Program-made: the position numbers and the translations under genes
In this document: positions 1 through 8,397 of the stretch, one piece after another
Layout of the letters: the number at the start of each line of letters is the position of its first letter
Position numbering within the stretch: the stretch's first letter is position 1
Origin: Candidatus Woesearchaeota archaeon
GTDB taxonomy: Archaea > Nanobdellota > Nanobdellia > Pacearchaeales > GW2011-AR1
Length of the DNA stretch: 24,000 bases
Assembly: GCA_964360985.1 (NCBI GenBank)
Contig: CAYHYK010000009.1
Span: forward strand, 1-24,000
Direction of reading: 5' to 3'
Notes under the pieces: model-generated
The model's database searches: none
What the model saw: the letters and a program-made list of their open reading frames with translations, nothing else
Told to the model about the DNA's origin: nothing

Positions 1-335
1 AAACATTTTGATAAATTGGGGGGGGGGCGAAGCTTACTTAGAGTGAATATAGCTATTTTTTACTGGATTAAAGCGCCTCAACACCGAGCCTTTTAATGAA
101 TTCATCTCTCACAATCTTTTTCTTAACTTCTGAAACAGAGAACAAAAGTCTTTTAACCATCTTTTCAGAAATAGTAAAAATATAATTCAACTTAACTATA
201 AATCCTCCCATACTTTATCGTCTTTATTATCCCATAATTCTTTCATTTTTTCAGCCTGTAAACTATATAATAACTGGTCATATCTATTCTCTTTTCTAAA
301 TTCATTATAAGTTCCTGCCATTTTTTCAACCAAAA

Positions 336-1613
336 TTACTCAACCCTTAAACTCTCATTCAATTCTCCAGCAAAATTCTCAAGCATCTTTTCCTTTGCTT
401 TTCCAACCCATCCACGATGCCCTAATACCCAACCTAATTTAACGAATGCACTTTCACTTAACATATCTTCTAGAAATATAACTCCTGCATCAATCAATTC
501 TCTTCCATTGGAATAAACAAGTGGATCTAATCTTCCATTTATTGTTTGAGCAGCACAACAAACAACAAATCCATTTCTAATATGTTTCTTGATCGTTGCC
601 AGCCAATTATGTCCTGCCTCTCCAACAGGTAAATGTCCCAATCCCGAAGCCTCAACAATAATTCCTTTATTTTTTAAAGCATAAAAATCAAGAATAGAAG
701 CATCCTGTCCAGGATAAAACTTAACGAGTGCAACTTTATCGCTAAAATTCACATCCAATTCAACTTTTCTTTTATTATCTCTTTTATCATATTTTCTTAA
801 AAATTCAACTCTATCAGGCCAAACTTTAGCAATAGGAATATCATTAATAACTTTAAATGCATCTCTTCTTGAACTATGCATTTTCCTCGTCTTACTTCCA
901 GGTAAAGCATAACAATAATCATCATTTAAAGTTGCATGTCCCACAACTACAACTTCAGCACAATCACTTATTGCCATTCTAGCCGCACACTGTAAATTCA
1001 AATTAGCATCACTAGAAGCTCTATCAATACTTCTCTGACTATAAGTTAAAACAACCGGTTTATTTAAATCTCTTAAAAAGAAAGATAATGCTCCTGCAGT
1101 ATATCCTAAAAAATCAGTTCCATGAGTTACAATAACCCCCTCTATATCCTTATCATCTAACATTTTCTTCGCACTTTCAGCAATTTTAATCCAATGTTCG
1201 CTTGTCATACTTTCAGAAGCAACCATAAAAGGCACTTCTATTTCTTTAACATTTGCAATTTCTAATAATTCAGGATAAAATTTAATAAATTCATCAAGAT
1301 TAGTAAGCCATTTTACTCCTCCTGTTCTAGGATCTAATTTACTTGCAATAGTTCCTCCTGTAACAATCAGCCCTATATTCTTCAACCCCTCCTTTCTTTT
1401 AAATTCAAACTTTTCAACATTTTCATTTTCTTTAAATCTTCTCAAAACCTTCCCAGCCAAAATATTATCTCTAGGAATTCCTATATTATATCCAGAATCC
1501 AATTTAAGCAGCATAACACTAGAATCGCTGCTCTCTAAAACTTTAGCTTTCAACTCATCTTTAGCTAATCTAATTTCAACAAAATCTCCTGGATTAAAAT
1601 TCAATTCAACCAT
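336..1613 (-). CDS. gatD: Glutamyl-tRNA(Gln) amidotransferase subunit D (GatD)
   Basis: ORF 336..1655. It has a GatD-type N-terminal domain (MVELNFNPGDFVEIRL...) followed by an L-asparaginase-type domain (IGLIVTGGTIASKLD, VIVTHGTDFLGYTA). The track start at 1655 is a GTG. I prefer the ATG at 1613 because a TTTTTATAA box (minus strand, 1634-1642) lies 21-29 nt upstream of it, the spacing seen at other genes here. Confidence 0.85.
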   Translation of the reverse strand: MVELNFNPGDFVEIRLAKDELKAKVLESSDSSVMLLKLDSGYNIGIPRDNILAGKVLRRFKENENVEKFEFKRKEGLKNIGLIVTGGTIASKLDPRTGGVKWLTNLDEFIKFYPELLEIANVKEIEVPFMVASESMTSEHWIKIAESAKKMLDDKDIEGVIVTHGTDFLGYTAGALSFFLRDLNKPVVLTYSQRSIDRASSDANLNLQCAARMAISDCAEVVVVGHATLNDDYCYALPGSKTRKMHSSRRDAFKVINDIPIAKVWPDRVEFLRKYDKRDNKRKVELDVNFSDKVALVKFYPGQDASILDFYALKNKGIIVEASGLGHLPVGEAGHNWLATIKKHIRNGFVVCCAAQTINGRLDPLVYSNGRELIDAGVIFLEDMLSESAFVKLGWVLGHRGWVGKAKEKMLENFAGELNESLRVE

Positions 1614-1649
1614 AAATCTTCCAATAATAGTAGTTATAAAAACCTTGCT

Positions 1650-1863
1650 AATCACTTTCCTATGTATAGCCTAGGGACATATGTCCTACCCCTAAAATTT
1701 GATAAACAATACAAATTTGTCTTTAATAAATGAGTTAATTGGTTAAAATTCGCTCCTTGAGCCATTCTGAGTTTTAAAAATTAATAAAATTGCAATCTTC
1801 TCTATAAAATTAGATTTCTTACCTAGGACATATGTCCGTGGGGAGCACACAATCACTTTCCTA
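1650..1863. repeat. MITE-like intergenic element: 13-bp direct repeats flanking a 188-bp segment with palindrome-containing imperfect terminal inverted repeats
   Basis: aatcactttccta occurs at 1650-1662 and 1851-1863. The perfect 12-bp palindrome ggacatatgtcc occurs at 1675-1686 and 1826-1837, 12 and 13 nt inside the direct repeats. The left end compared with the reverse-complemented right end matches at about 20 of 29 positions. Confidence 0.35.
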
Positions 1864-1880
1864 CTAATTCAAAATAAGAT

Positions 1881-2297
1881 TTACCTTCTTACACTAACAT
1901 TCCCTACAAGTTGATCTAATCCTATTTCTTTAGCATCATAAACTTTTTTCATAATTGAATATGCAGATTTTGTCGTTAACTCTTTGATCCTTTTTCCTGG
2001 CATAACAAGATCAAGAAATTTATCAATAATTCCAAAAGAATTGTAGAGTAAGTCTGGTACTCCAAGTTCTTCAAAAAATTCATTTACTGCTAATTCTAGA
2101 TGATTTAATTCACCTTCTAATTTAATTCTTAATAACCCTCCAGCTAAAGGAAAATTACATCCATGGAAACCAGCTTTTATATTTACATCATTATGTCTCT
2201 GAGAAATTTCATTAATCAAATATCGGTATTCTAATAATTTTTCTCCAAGAATATCTCTCAGCTCTGAATCAAAATATCCAAATGTTGCCTTTTCCAT
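1881..2297 (-). CDS. Hypothetical protein (138 aa from ATG), no recognisable motif
   Basis: ORF 1881..2306 lies between proS and gatD on the same strand. The track start is a GTG. The ATG at 2297 (MEKATFGYFD) has an A/T box (2317-2326) 20 nt upstream. I recognise no family. Confidence 0.5.
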   Translation of the reverse strand: MEKATFGYFDSELRDILGEKLLEYRYLINEISQRHNDVNIKAGFHGCNFPLAGGLLRIKLEGELNHLELAVNEFFEELGVPDLLYNSFGIIDKFLDLVMPGKRIKELTTKSAYSIMKKVYDAKEIGLDQLVGNVSVRR

Positions 2298-2333
2298 AAA
2301 AAGCACTATCTATTCTATTATTTAAGCATTTAT

Positions 2334-3773
2334 CTAATAACTCTTAGCCACATATCCTATAGTATTAACATTTTCTCCACAAAGAATGCATTTCCCTTCC
2401 TTTTTCATATCTTCAATAATTCTAGAATTTGCGCCAGTTTTTTCTTTTAATTCGCTCTCCATTTTTTTATCATTTTTTAGGTAAACCTTTACAATTTTTC
2501 CCTCTTTGAGTTTTTTCTCTAGTTCCTTAAGAGTTTTTGCTTCATCTATTCTTGAATGTAAAAACTTTTCAGCTTTTTTATACATGTCTCCCTGCATCTC
2601 TTCTAAAATTTCTCCATATCTAGGAACTATTTTTTTCTCATCAACCTGTTCTTTCTTTCCATTATCTCTTCTAACTATAGTAACTTTTCCAGCGCTAACA
2701 TCTTTTGGTCCTATTTCAATCCTTAAGGGAATTCCCTTTAACTCCCATTCATTGAATTTCCATCCAGCAGAGTATTCGGTTCGGTCATCCAAATTAACTC
2801 CAAATTCTATAAGTTTCTTTTCAATTTCCTTGCATTTCTTCAAAACTTTTTCACGCGAATCGTCAAATAATATAGGCACTATAACTCCTTTATTATCTGT
2901 AACTCTAGGAGGTAAAACTAATCCTTTATCATCTCCATGAACCATTATTAAAGCACCAATAAGTCTTGTAGAGAATCCCCATGAAGTTTGATGTCCGTAA
3001 TATTCTTTCTCGTCTTTCCCTTTAAACATAACATTAAAAGCCTTAGCAAAATTATCGCTCAAGTTATGTGAAGTCCCACACTGTAATGCTTTTCCATCAG
3101 GCATTATTGCCTCAATAGTCATTGTAGTTCTCGCACCTGGAAATTTCTCTCCCTCAGATTTCTTCCCAGTTAAAACTGGTATAGCAAGAATTTCAACCAT
3201 CATTTTTTCATACTCTCGAATAATTTCCTCCATATTTTCTATAGATTCCTCCTCATTAGCAAAAACACAATGTCCCTCCTGCCACAAAAATTCCCTAGTT
3301 CTAACAAATGGTTTAGTTTGTTTAACTTCCCAACGCAAAACATTGCACCATTGATTAATTTTTAAAGGCAAATCTCTATGACTTCTTATCCACTTAGAAT
3401 AAGCATCATACATTATAGTTTCAGAAGTAGGCCTTATAGCATATTTTTCTCCCTCTTCGCTTTCCTGTACATAAGCAAGTTCAGGAGCAAAGCCCTCAGC
3501 ATGCTTTGCCTCTTTCTTAAAAAATGAATCAGGAATAAGTAATGGAAAATAAGCGTTCTTTACTCCTTTCTTCTTCATAACACCATTAAAATAATTCTGA
3601 ATATTTTCCCATATAGAATAGGCATTTGGGCGTATAACCATAAAACCCCTTATAGGAGCATAGTCAGCAAGTTCAGCCTTCTGAACAATTTGAGTGTACC
3701 ACTCAGAGAAATCTTCCTCTTTCTTAACTGTCAATCCTTTTGTATCTTCTTTCTTTTCATTTGACTTTTTCAT
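2334..3773 (-). CDS. proS: Prolyl-tRNA synthetase, archaeal/eukaryotic type
   Basis: 479 aa with class IIa synthetase architecture: FSEWYTQIVQKAELADY, RPTSETIMY, RTREFLWQEGH, and an anticodon-binding domain. The C-terminal zinc-binding tail characteristic of archaeal-type ProRS ends ...CILCGENVNTIGYVAKSY. Confidence 0.9.
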   Translation of the reverse strand: MKKSNEKKEDTKGLTVKKEEDFSEWYTQIVQKAELADYAPIRGFMVIRPNAYSIWENIQNYFNGVMKKKGVKNAYFPLLIPDSFFKKEAKHAEGFAPELAYVQESEEGEKYAIRPTSETIMYDAYSKWIRSHRDLPLKINQWCNVLRWEVKQTKPFVRTREFLWQEGHCVFANEEESIENMEEIIREYEKMMVEILAIPVLTGKKSEGEKFPGARTTMTIEAIMPDGKALQCGTSHNLSDNFAKAFNVMFKGKDEKEYYGHQTSWGFSTRLIGALIMVHGDDKGLVLPPRVTDNKGVIVPILFDDSREKVLKKCKEIEKKLIEFGVNLDDRTEYSAGWKFNEWELKGIPLRIEIGPKDVSAGKVTIVRRDNGKKEQVDEKKIVPRYGEILEEMQGDMYKKAEKFLHSRIDEAKTLKELEKKLKEGKIVKVYLKNDKKMESELKEKTGANSRIIEDMKKEGKCILCGENVNTIGYVAKSY

Positions 3774-3858
3774 TTCCTATCAAATAACTTCTATTTCTTA
3801 AATCTTGTTATTCTTGCAACCTTCATAAAATATATAAACTCCCTTATATTTCCAAAAT

Positions 3859-4467
3859 ATGAAACCAGTTTACAGACCAAAATTAGCTTATCAATCTTCA
3901 AAAAAAGATAATTATGCTATTCCTAAATTAAATTACAAAACACTCTATTTAGAAGAATATGAAATTTTTGCAACAGTAGAAACTGACGAAGAGAATATTC
4001 CGCACTTAGAAAAAAACTTAGAAACTATTATAGAGAATTTATTAAAAGATACTAATCCAAATACAAAAAGGAAAGATCCTAAAATAATTAATTTAGAGGA
4101 TAGAATTAAAAACATAATCCCTAAAAAAGAAAGGGAAAATCCAGAAGAAATTTACTACCCTAATGAAGATCCAAAAGAAAAAGACTATAGTATTGGATCA
4201 ACCGATCGTAAAAGCGGAGCAAAAGTAATTTATGTCGATCAGTCCTCACTACCATTAAATGTTTTAGGATTGTACAAACCTTCAAACCATACAATCTACA
4301 TCAATAAAGATCTTCCAGCATATCAAAAAGAATTTGTTTATCATCATGAAGTAGCTCATGCCCTGGGAATAAGAAATGAGGTTGAAGCAGATAAATATGC
4401 TGCTTCAATAGTAGGATATAATTTAAGATCTCCTCAAGAAGCATACAGAGCACAAATGGCTGCTTAA
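3859..4467 (+). CDS. Hypothetical protein with C-terminal ImmA/IrrE-like HExxH metallopeptidase motif
   Basis: 202 aa, charged and low-complexity N-terminal half, no signal peptide. Residues 163-182, HEVAHALGIRNEVEADKYAA (nt 4345-4404), fit the COG2856-type pattern HExxH...E.EA[ND].[FY]A. An A/T box at 3825-3838 lies 21 nt upstream of the ATG. Confidence 0.55.
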   Translation: MKPVYRPKLAYQSSKKDNYAIPKLNYKTLYLEEYEIFATVETDEENIPHLEKNLETIIENLLKDTNPNTKRKDPKIINLEDRIKNIIPKKERENPEEIYYPNEDPKEKDYSIGSTDRKSGAKVIYVDQSSLPLNVLGLYKPSNHTIYINKDLPAYQKEFVYHHEVAHALGIRNEVEADKYAASIVGYNLRSPQEAYRAQMAA

Positions 4468-4507
4468 AATAGAATAGTTATATAAAGAAAAAACACATTC
4501 AAAATAT

Positions 4508-4936
4508 ATGGCTTACGAGTTAAATACTAAAAACTTTAAACCAGAAATAGAAGTAACGGGATGTATAATAGAATCAAAAGGAAAAATAATTTTATTAAAA
4601 AGGAAAGATTCTAAAGTCGAAGGTGGTAAGTGGGGGATACCTTCTGGAAAAGTAGAAAAAGAAGAGAGTTTATTAGATTCAATAAAAAGAGAGATAATAG
4701 AAGAAACAGGAATTGAAGTAAATAAAAAAGAAATAAAATTCATCAAGACATATAAAGTGCGAAGCCCGAGATATGATTTCATTTACCATTTATTTTACAC
4801 AAAAATACCTAATATGGAAGAAATTTTATTGAATAATGAAGAACATTTAAAAGCTATTTGGATATCTCCGCACAAAGCACTTGAACTCCCCTTAGTAGAA
4901 GGAACTGAAAAATTTTTAGAAAAAATCTACAATTAA
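4508..4936 (+). CDS. Nudix hydrolase
   Basis: Complete Nudix box Gx5Ex7REUxEExGU at aa 47-69, GKVEKEESLLDSIKREIIEETGI (nt 4646-4714). 142 aa is a typical single-domain size. Confidence 0.85.
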   Translation: MAYELNTKNFKPEIEVTGCIIESKGKIILLKRKDSKVEGGKWGIPSGKVEKEESLLDSIKREIIEETGIEVNKKEIKFIKTYKVRSPRYDFIYHLFYTKIPNMEEILLNNEEHLKAIWISPHKALELPLVEGTEKFLEKIYN

Positions 4937-4939
4937 AAA

Positions 4940-5091
4940 CAGACCCAGGAGGAATCGAACCCCCGTCACAACGTTTCTTCTCTTCTCCTTTAAGAAAGAT
5001 TGGCTCTCTTAAAGGAAGGTTGAACAACAAGGAAACCTTAGTTTCCTTATGATCCGAAGCGTCGTATTCTAATCCACTGAACTATGGGCCT
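4940..5091 (-). tRNA. tRNA-Arg (anticodon UCG) with a roughly 79-nt intron at the canonical 37/38 position
   Basis: Hand-folded from the reverse complement. Acceptor stem AGGCCCA/TGGGTCT with discriminator G; D arm GTTC-AGTGGATTA-GAAT; anticodon stem CGACG/CGTTG with loop CTTCGG|A; T arm GGGGG-TTCGATT-CCTCC. Exons are 5054-5091 and 4940-4974, and the intron is about 4975-5053. CUUC of the anticodon loop pairs with GAAG at the intron 3' end, flanked by 3-nt bulges (GGA and AAA), which is BHB-like. Confidence 0.85.
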
Positions 5092-5231
5092 AGACTTTCC
5101 AAAAGAATTAAATAATTTCCCTTTTTATAGTTATAGACCTTAATTTTGGTCTTAACTATTTAGGGAAAGATATAAGTAAGTAGATACAATTATATATCTT
5201 TCACTATAATCCTATTGAAGAAAGAGATAAA

Positions 5232-6344
5232 ATGGTAAAATCACTAGCAGGCATAGCTACACTACTTGGTACAATAATAGGTGCAGGAATTCTAGGAATA
5301 CCTTATGTAGTAATGAAATCAGGATTTTTATTAGGAGCTCTAAATATTCTAATTCTGGCAGTTATGATGGCTATTATCTGTTTGTGTATAGGAGAGATAA
5401 CATTAAGAACAAAATCAGACCATCAACTAACGGGTTACGCTGAAAAATATCTAGGCAAAAGAGGAAAAATATTAATGTTTATAATAGCCGCATTCGGTGT
5501 GATTTCAGCGCTTCTAGCCTACTTAGTTGGAGAAAGTGAATCGATATCCTATCTAATTTTTAATTCTTCAACTTACAAATTAGAAATGGGTTTGTTCTTT
5601 TGGGTTCTTTTATCAATCCTTTCACATAAAGGAATAAAAACTTTAAAATTAGGAGAAGAAATAGGATTAACTCTTGTTTTAATATTTCTAATTTCTATAG
5701 GAATATTCTCATTAAATAATATATCTACAGAAAACCTTATATATAATAATCCTAAAAATATATTCGCTCCATTTGGAGTTGTACTTTTCTCTCTTTTAAG
5801 TTTTTCAGCAATACCTGCATTAAAAAGAATTTTGGATAAAAACAAATCCTCTCTAAAAGGAAGCATAATCAAATCATATACATTTGTTACTATCATCTAT
5901 CTTCTATTTACTGCAATAGTTTTAGGGCTAAAAGGATCTAACACTCCTCAAATAGCAACGTTAGCATTAGGAAAACCTTTCATCTTACTAGGAATGTTAA
6001 CAATGTTTATGGCTTATCTTTCTCTATCAAATGCCCTTAGAGATGCATTTACTCTGGATTTTGGTTTATCTCTCAATAAAGCATGGTTTATTACTAGTAT
6101 TGTTCCTCTAGCATTGTTTATCTTTCTTCAAATAACCAACAATGCAAACTTCATTAGAATAATGGAAATAGGAGGAACTATTTGTGCAACTCTTGCAACT
6201 ATAATGATTTTCATTATATTCCACAAAGCAAAATATCTTGGAGATAGAAGACCAGAATATCAAATAAAATTACCAAAAATAATAATTTTCTTAATAGTAA
6301 CACTATTCATCATAGGAGCCATAGCCAACCTTATGACTATTTAG
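5232..6344 (+). CDS. Amino acid permease (Aa_trans / aromatic amino acid permease-like, multi-pass membrane protein)
   Basis: 370 aa with roughly 10-11 hydrophobic helices. The N-terminal signature IATLLGTIIGAGILGIPYVVMKSG is typical of the amino-acid/auxin-type and Trp/Tyr permease families. Confidence 0.7.
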   Translation: MVKSLAGIATLLGTIIGAGILGIPYVVMKSGFLLGALNILILAVMMAIICLCIGEITLRTKSDHQLTGYAEKYLGKRGKILMFIIAAFGVISALLAYLVGESESISYLIFNSSTYKLEMGLFFWVLLSILSHKGIKTLKLGEEIGLTLVLIFLISIGIFSLNNISTENLIYNNPKNIFAPFGVVLFSLLSFSAIPALKRILDKNKSSLKGSIIKSYTFVTIIYLLFTAIVLGLKGSNTPQIATLALGKPFILLGMLTMFMAYLSLSNALRDAFTLDFGLSLNKAWFITSIVPLALFIFLQITNNANFIRIMEIGGTICATLATIMIFIIFHKAKYLGDRRPEYQIKLPKIIIFLIVTLFIIGAIANLMTI

Positions 6345-6726
6345 AAATATAAACTGCTATTGCAATTATAGAAATTAATACATGAAATAAAAAAGAAGTT
6401 AACAAATTTTTAATATGGAAGTAATTTCTTTTTCTATCTACTATAGGAACAATTTGATCTGATATCATACTTAGTCCGATAGCCATCAGAATAACGTTAA
6501 GTTTGCTAAATCCAAAAAATAGCACCCAAAATAGAATTAAAATTGAAATAATTATTCCAAAATGAAAATGATGCCAGTCAAAACCAGTTTTAATTCTAAG
6601 CCATCCAGTTACAGTTTTTGATTTCTCTTTCTTTGTCCCATAATTCTTCATGTCATGAGCAGAATGAGCCCAAATTCTAACCACAAAAAAAGTTAAAAAT
6701 AAAGAAAATATAAATAAATATATCAT
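6337..6726 (-). CDS. Small integral membrane protein with His-rich motifs (hypothetical)
   Basis: 129 aa with about 4 TM helices and AHSAHD and DWHHFHFG motifs. It is the last gene of an apparent gatB-83aa-129aa operon, starting 10 nt after the 83-aa ORF. Confidence 0.5.
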   Translation of the reverse strand: MIYLFIFSLFLTFFVVRIWAHSAHDMKNYGTKKEKSKTVTGWLRIKTGFDWHHFHFGIIISILILFWVLFFGFSKLNVILMAIGLSMISDQIVPIVDRKRNYFHIKNLLTSFLFHVLISIIAIAVYISK

Positions 6727-6736
6727 TATATCGTTA

Positions 6737-6988
6737 TCACCACTTTCTTCTTTTTATAAAAGTAATAGCTCCAACGATTAGAATAACCACCGTAAAAACA
6801 CTTGCCAAAATTGCAGATAGAAAAACAGGAACTGCAGAACTAATACTAGGAGATAGCAGAATATCTCCAAAATTTTGTGTAACTCCCTCTCCAACAGAGA
6901 AAAAAACTACTTTAAAAAAAGAAAAAAGAGTAAAAAATAAAGCCATTAATATAGTGATAACAAATATTAACACTATTAAAGAATTCAT
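6737..6988 (-). CDS. Small membrane protein (hypothetical, 2 TM)
   Basis: 83 aa with two hydrophobic helices and a C-terminal KRRKW. Its start codon overlaps the gatB-like stop in an ATGA arrangement, which suggests translational coupling. Confidence 0.45.
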   Translation of the reverse strand: MNSLIVLIFVITILMALFFTLFSFFKVVFFSVGEGVTQNFGDILLSPSISSAVPVFLSAILASVFTVVILIVGAITFIKRRKW

Positions 6989-8358
6989 TTTAACATCTCC
7001 TTCAAAACTTCTCTTGCAATATTAAAATCTGCTCTTCTATTTGTCTTCTTCATTATTTCTCCCATTAAATAATTCAAAGCATTATGTTCTCCAGCCTTAT
7101 AATCGGCAACAACTTTAGAATTCTCTTTAATAATTTCTTTAGCAATTTTAGTAAGTTCTTTCTTATCTGTTATTCTTGCCTCTTTCTCAACCACATTCTT
7201 TACAGAAAAGCTCTTTGGATAAAATTGTTTTAAAATTTGTTTTCCTTTCAAAATACTTATTTTTCCACTTTTGATATTATCAAGTAGTTCAACAAAATGC
7301 TCTATCTTCATATCTACTTTAGCCAGTACAGTCTTATTTTCATTTAATAATCTAAATAATTCAACCGTAATCCAAGGCAAAGCAAATTTTGCCTCAATCT
7401 TTTCAACAACTCTCTCAAAAAATTCAGCTATATCTATATTTTGCACTAAAACTTCAGCATCACTTCCACCTATTTTAAATTTCTTTATGATTTTATCAAG
7501 TTTCTCTTCGGGACTTTCAGGCAAAGTTTCGTCTAACTGCTCAACTAGTTTATTATCTACTACTATATCTGCTAAATCAGGATCAATTATAAATCTGTAA
7601 TCCATCGCATCTTCTTTTCCACGCATTCTTACAGTTTTTCCTTTTACTTCATCATATCTACGAGTCTCTCTTTCACTACCCTCACTCATCTGTCTTTCGA
7701 GTTCGTAATCTATCGCCTTTCTTATATTATCAATTGAATTCAAATTTTTAATTTCCACTCTCTCAGTTTTTCCAGGCAGATTTACATTTACATCAACTTT
7801 AATCCCTGCATTACTATCAACACTTTTCAAATAAGCTAAAGAGTGCAATAATTTATTTAACCATTCAACAACCTGTATAGAATCACTAAAATCTGGATCA
7901 GTTATTATTTCCACTAAAGGCAATCCCGATCGATTATAATCTATATATCCTGTATCTGGTTCCCAAGAAGCAGGATCTTCTTCTAAATGCATACTTCTTA
8001 TTCTAATGCCATAAAATTTTCCATCAATTCCTGTTCCAGTTACTCCACCAGAAATAGTATTTTGATATCCCTTAGGCAAATCCGGCCAATCATAATGTTT
8101 TCTCTGCCAAATCATTTCACTATTTATTTTACATCCCAACATTAATCCTATTCTTATTGCCTGTTTAACTGCCTCTTCATTTGCAGACATAGGTTTGGCT
8201 CCAGGCTGTCCCGTACAAATAGGGCATATATTAACATTCGCTCTTAATCCTTTTTCCCTTGAAGCAATACATCTACAAAATAATTTCTCTTTTGTCACAA
8301 TATAAGTATGAATTTCAAGTCCAATCATGCCATTTAATACCTGCTTCGCTTGTTGCAT
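6985..8358 (-). CDS. gatB: Asp/Glu-tRNA amidotransferase subunit B family (GatB-length; GatB/GatE family)
   Basis: 457 aa. Motifs: GLEIHTYIVTKEKLFCRC, CPICTGQPGAKP, RKHYDWPDLPKGYQ, MHLEEDPA, DYNRSGLPLVEIITDPD, and a C-terminal YqeY/GatB tail (NALNYLMGEIMKKTNRRADFNIAREVLKEML). I see no AspRS-like insertion of the kind that makes canonical GatE about 600 aa or longer. Confidence 0.75.
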   Translation of the reverse strand: MQQAKQVLNGMIGLEIHTYIVTKEKLFCRCIASREKGLRANVNICPICTGQPGAKPMSANEEAVKQAIRIGLMLGCKINSEMIWQRKHYDWPDLPKGYQNTISGGVTGTGIDGKFYGIRIRSMHLEEDPASWEPDTGYIDYNRSGLPLVEIITDPDFSDSIQVVEWLNKLLHSLAYLKSVDSNAGIKVDVNVNLPGKTERVEIKNLNSIDNIRKAIDYELERQMSEGSERETRRYDEVKGKTVRMRGKEDAMDYRFIIDPDLADIVVDNKLVEQLDETLPESPEEKLDKIIKKFKIGGSDAEVLVQNIDIAEFFERVVEKIEAKFALPWITVELFRLLNENKTVLAKVDMKIEHFVELLDNIKSGKISILKGKQILKQFYPKSFSVKNVVEKEARITDKKELTKIAKEIIKENSKVVADYKAGEHNALNYLMGEIMKKTNRRADFNIAREVLKEMLK

Positions 8359-8397
8359 ATTATTTCAAAACTTTAAGCTTATAAATAACTTTCTGAT

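Noticed and set aside
18-27. A run of 10 consecutive G in an otherwise very AT-rich sequence near the window start.
   Set aside because: It could be a phase-variable tract. However, no ORF or promoter is positioned to be affected by it. Poly-G runs near contig ends are also a known two-colour Illumina artefact. It cannot be distinguished without read data.
1614-1655. GTG-initiated N-terminal extensions of gatD (to 1655) and of the 138-aa ORF (2298-2306), as drawn in the ORF track.
   Set aside because: The extensions add hydrophobic or nonsense-looking residues before a good ATG. The A/T promoter-like boxes would fall inside the extended coding region. The ATG starts fit the roughly 20-nt TATA-to-ATG spacing seen at other genes.
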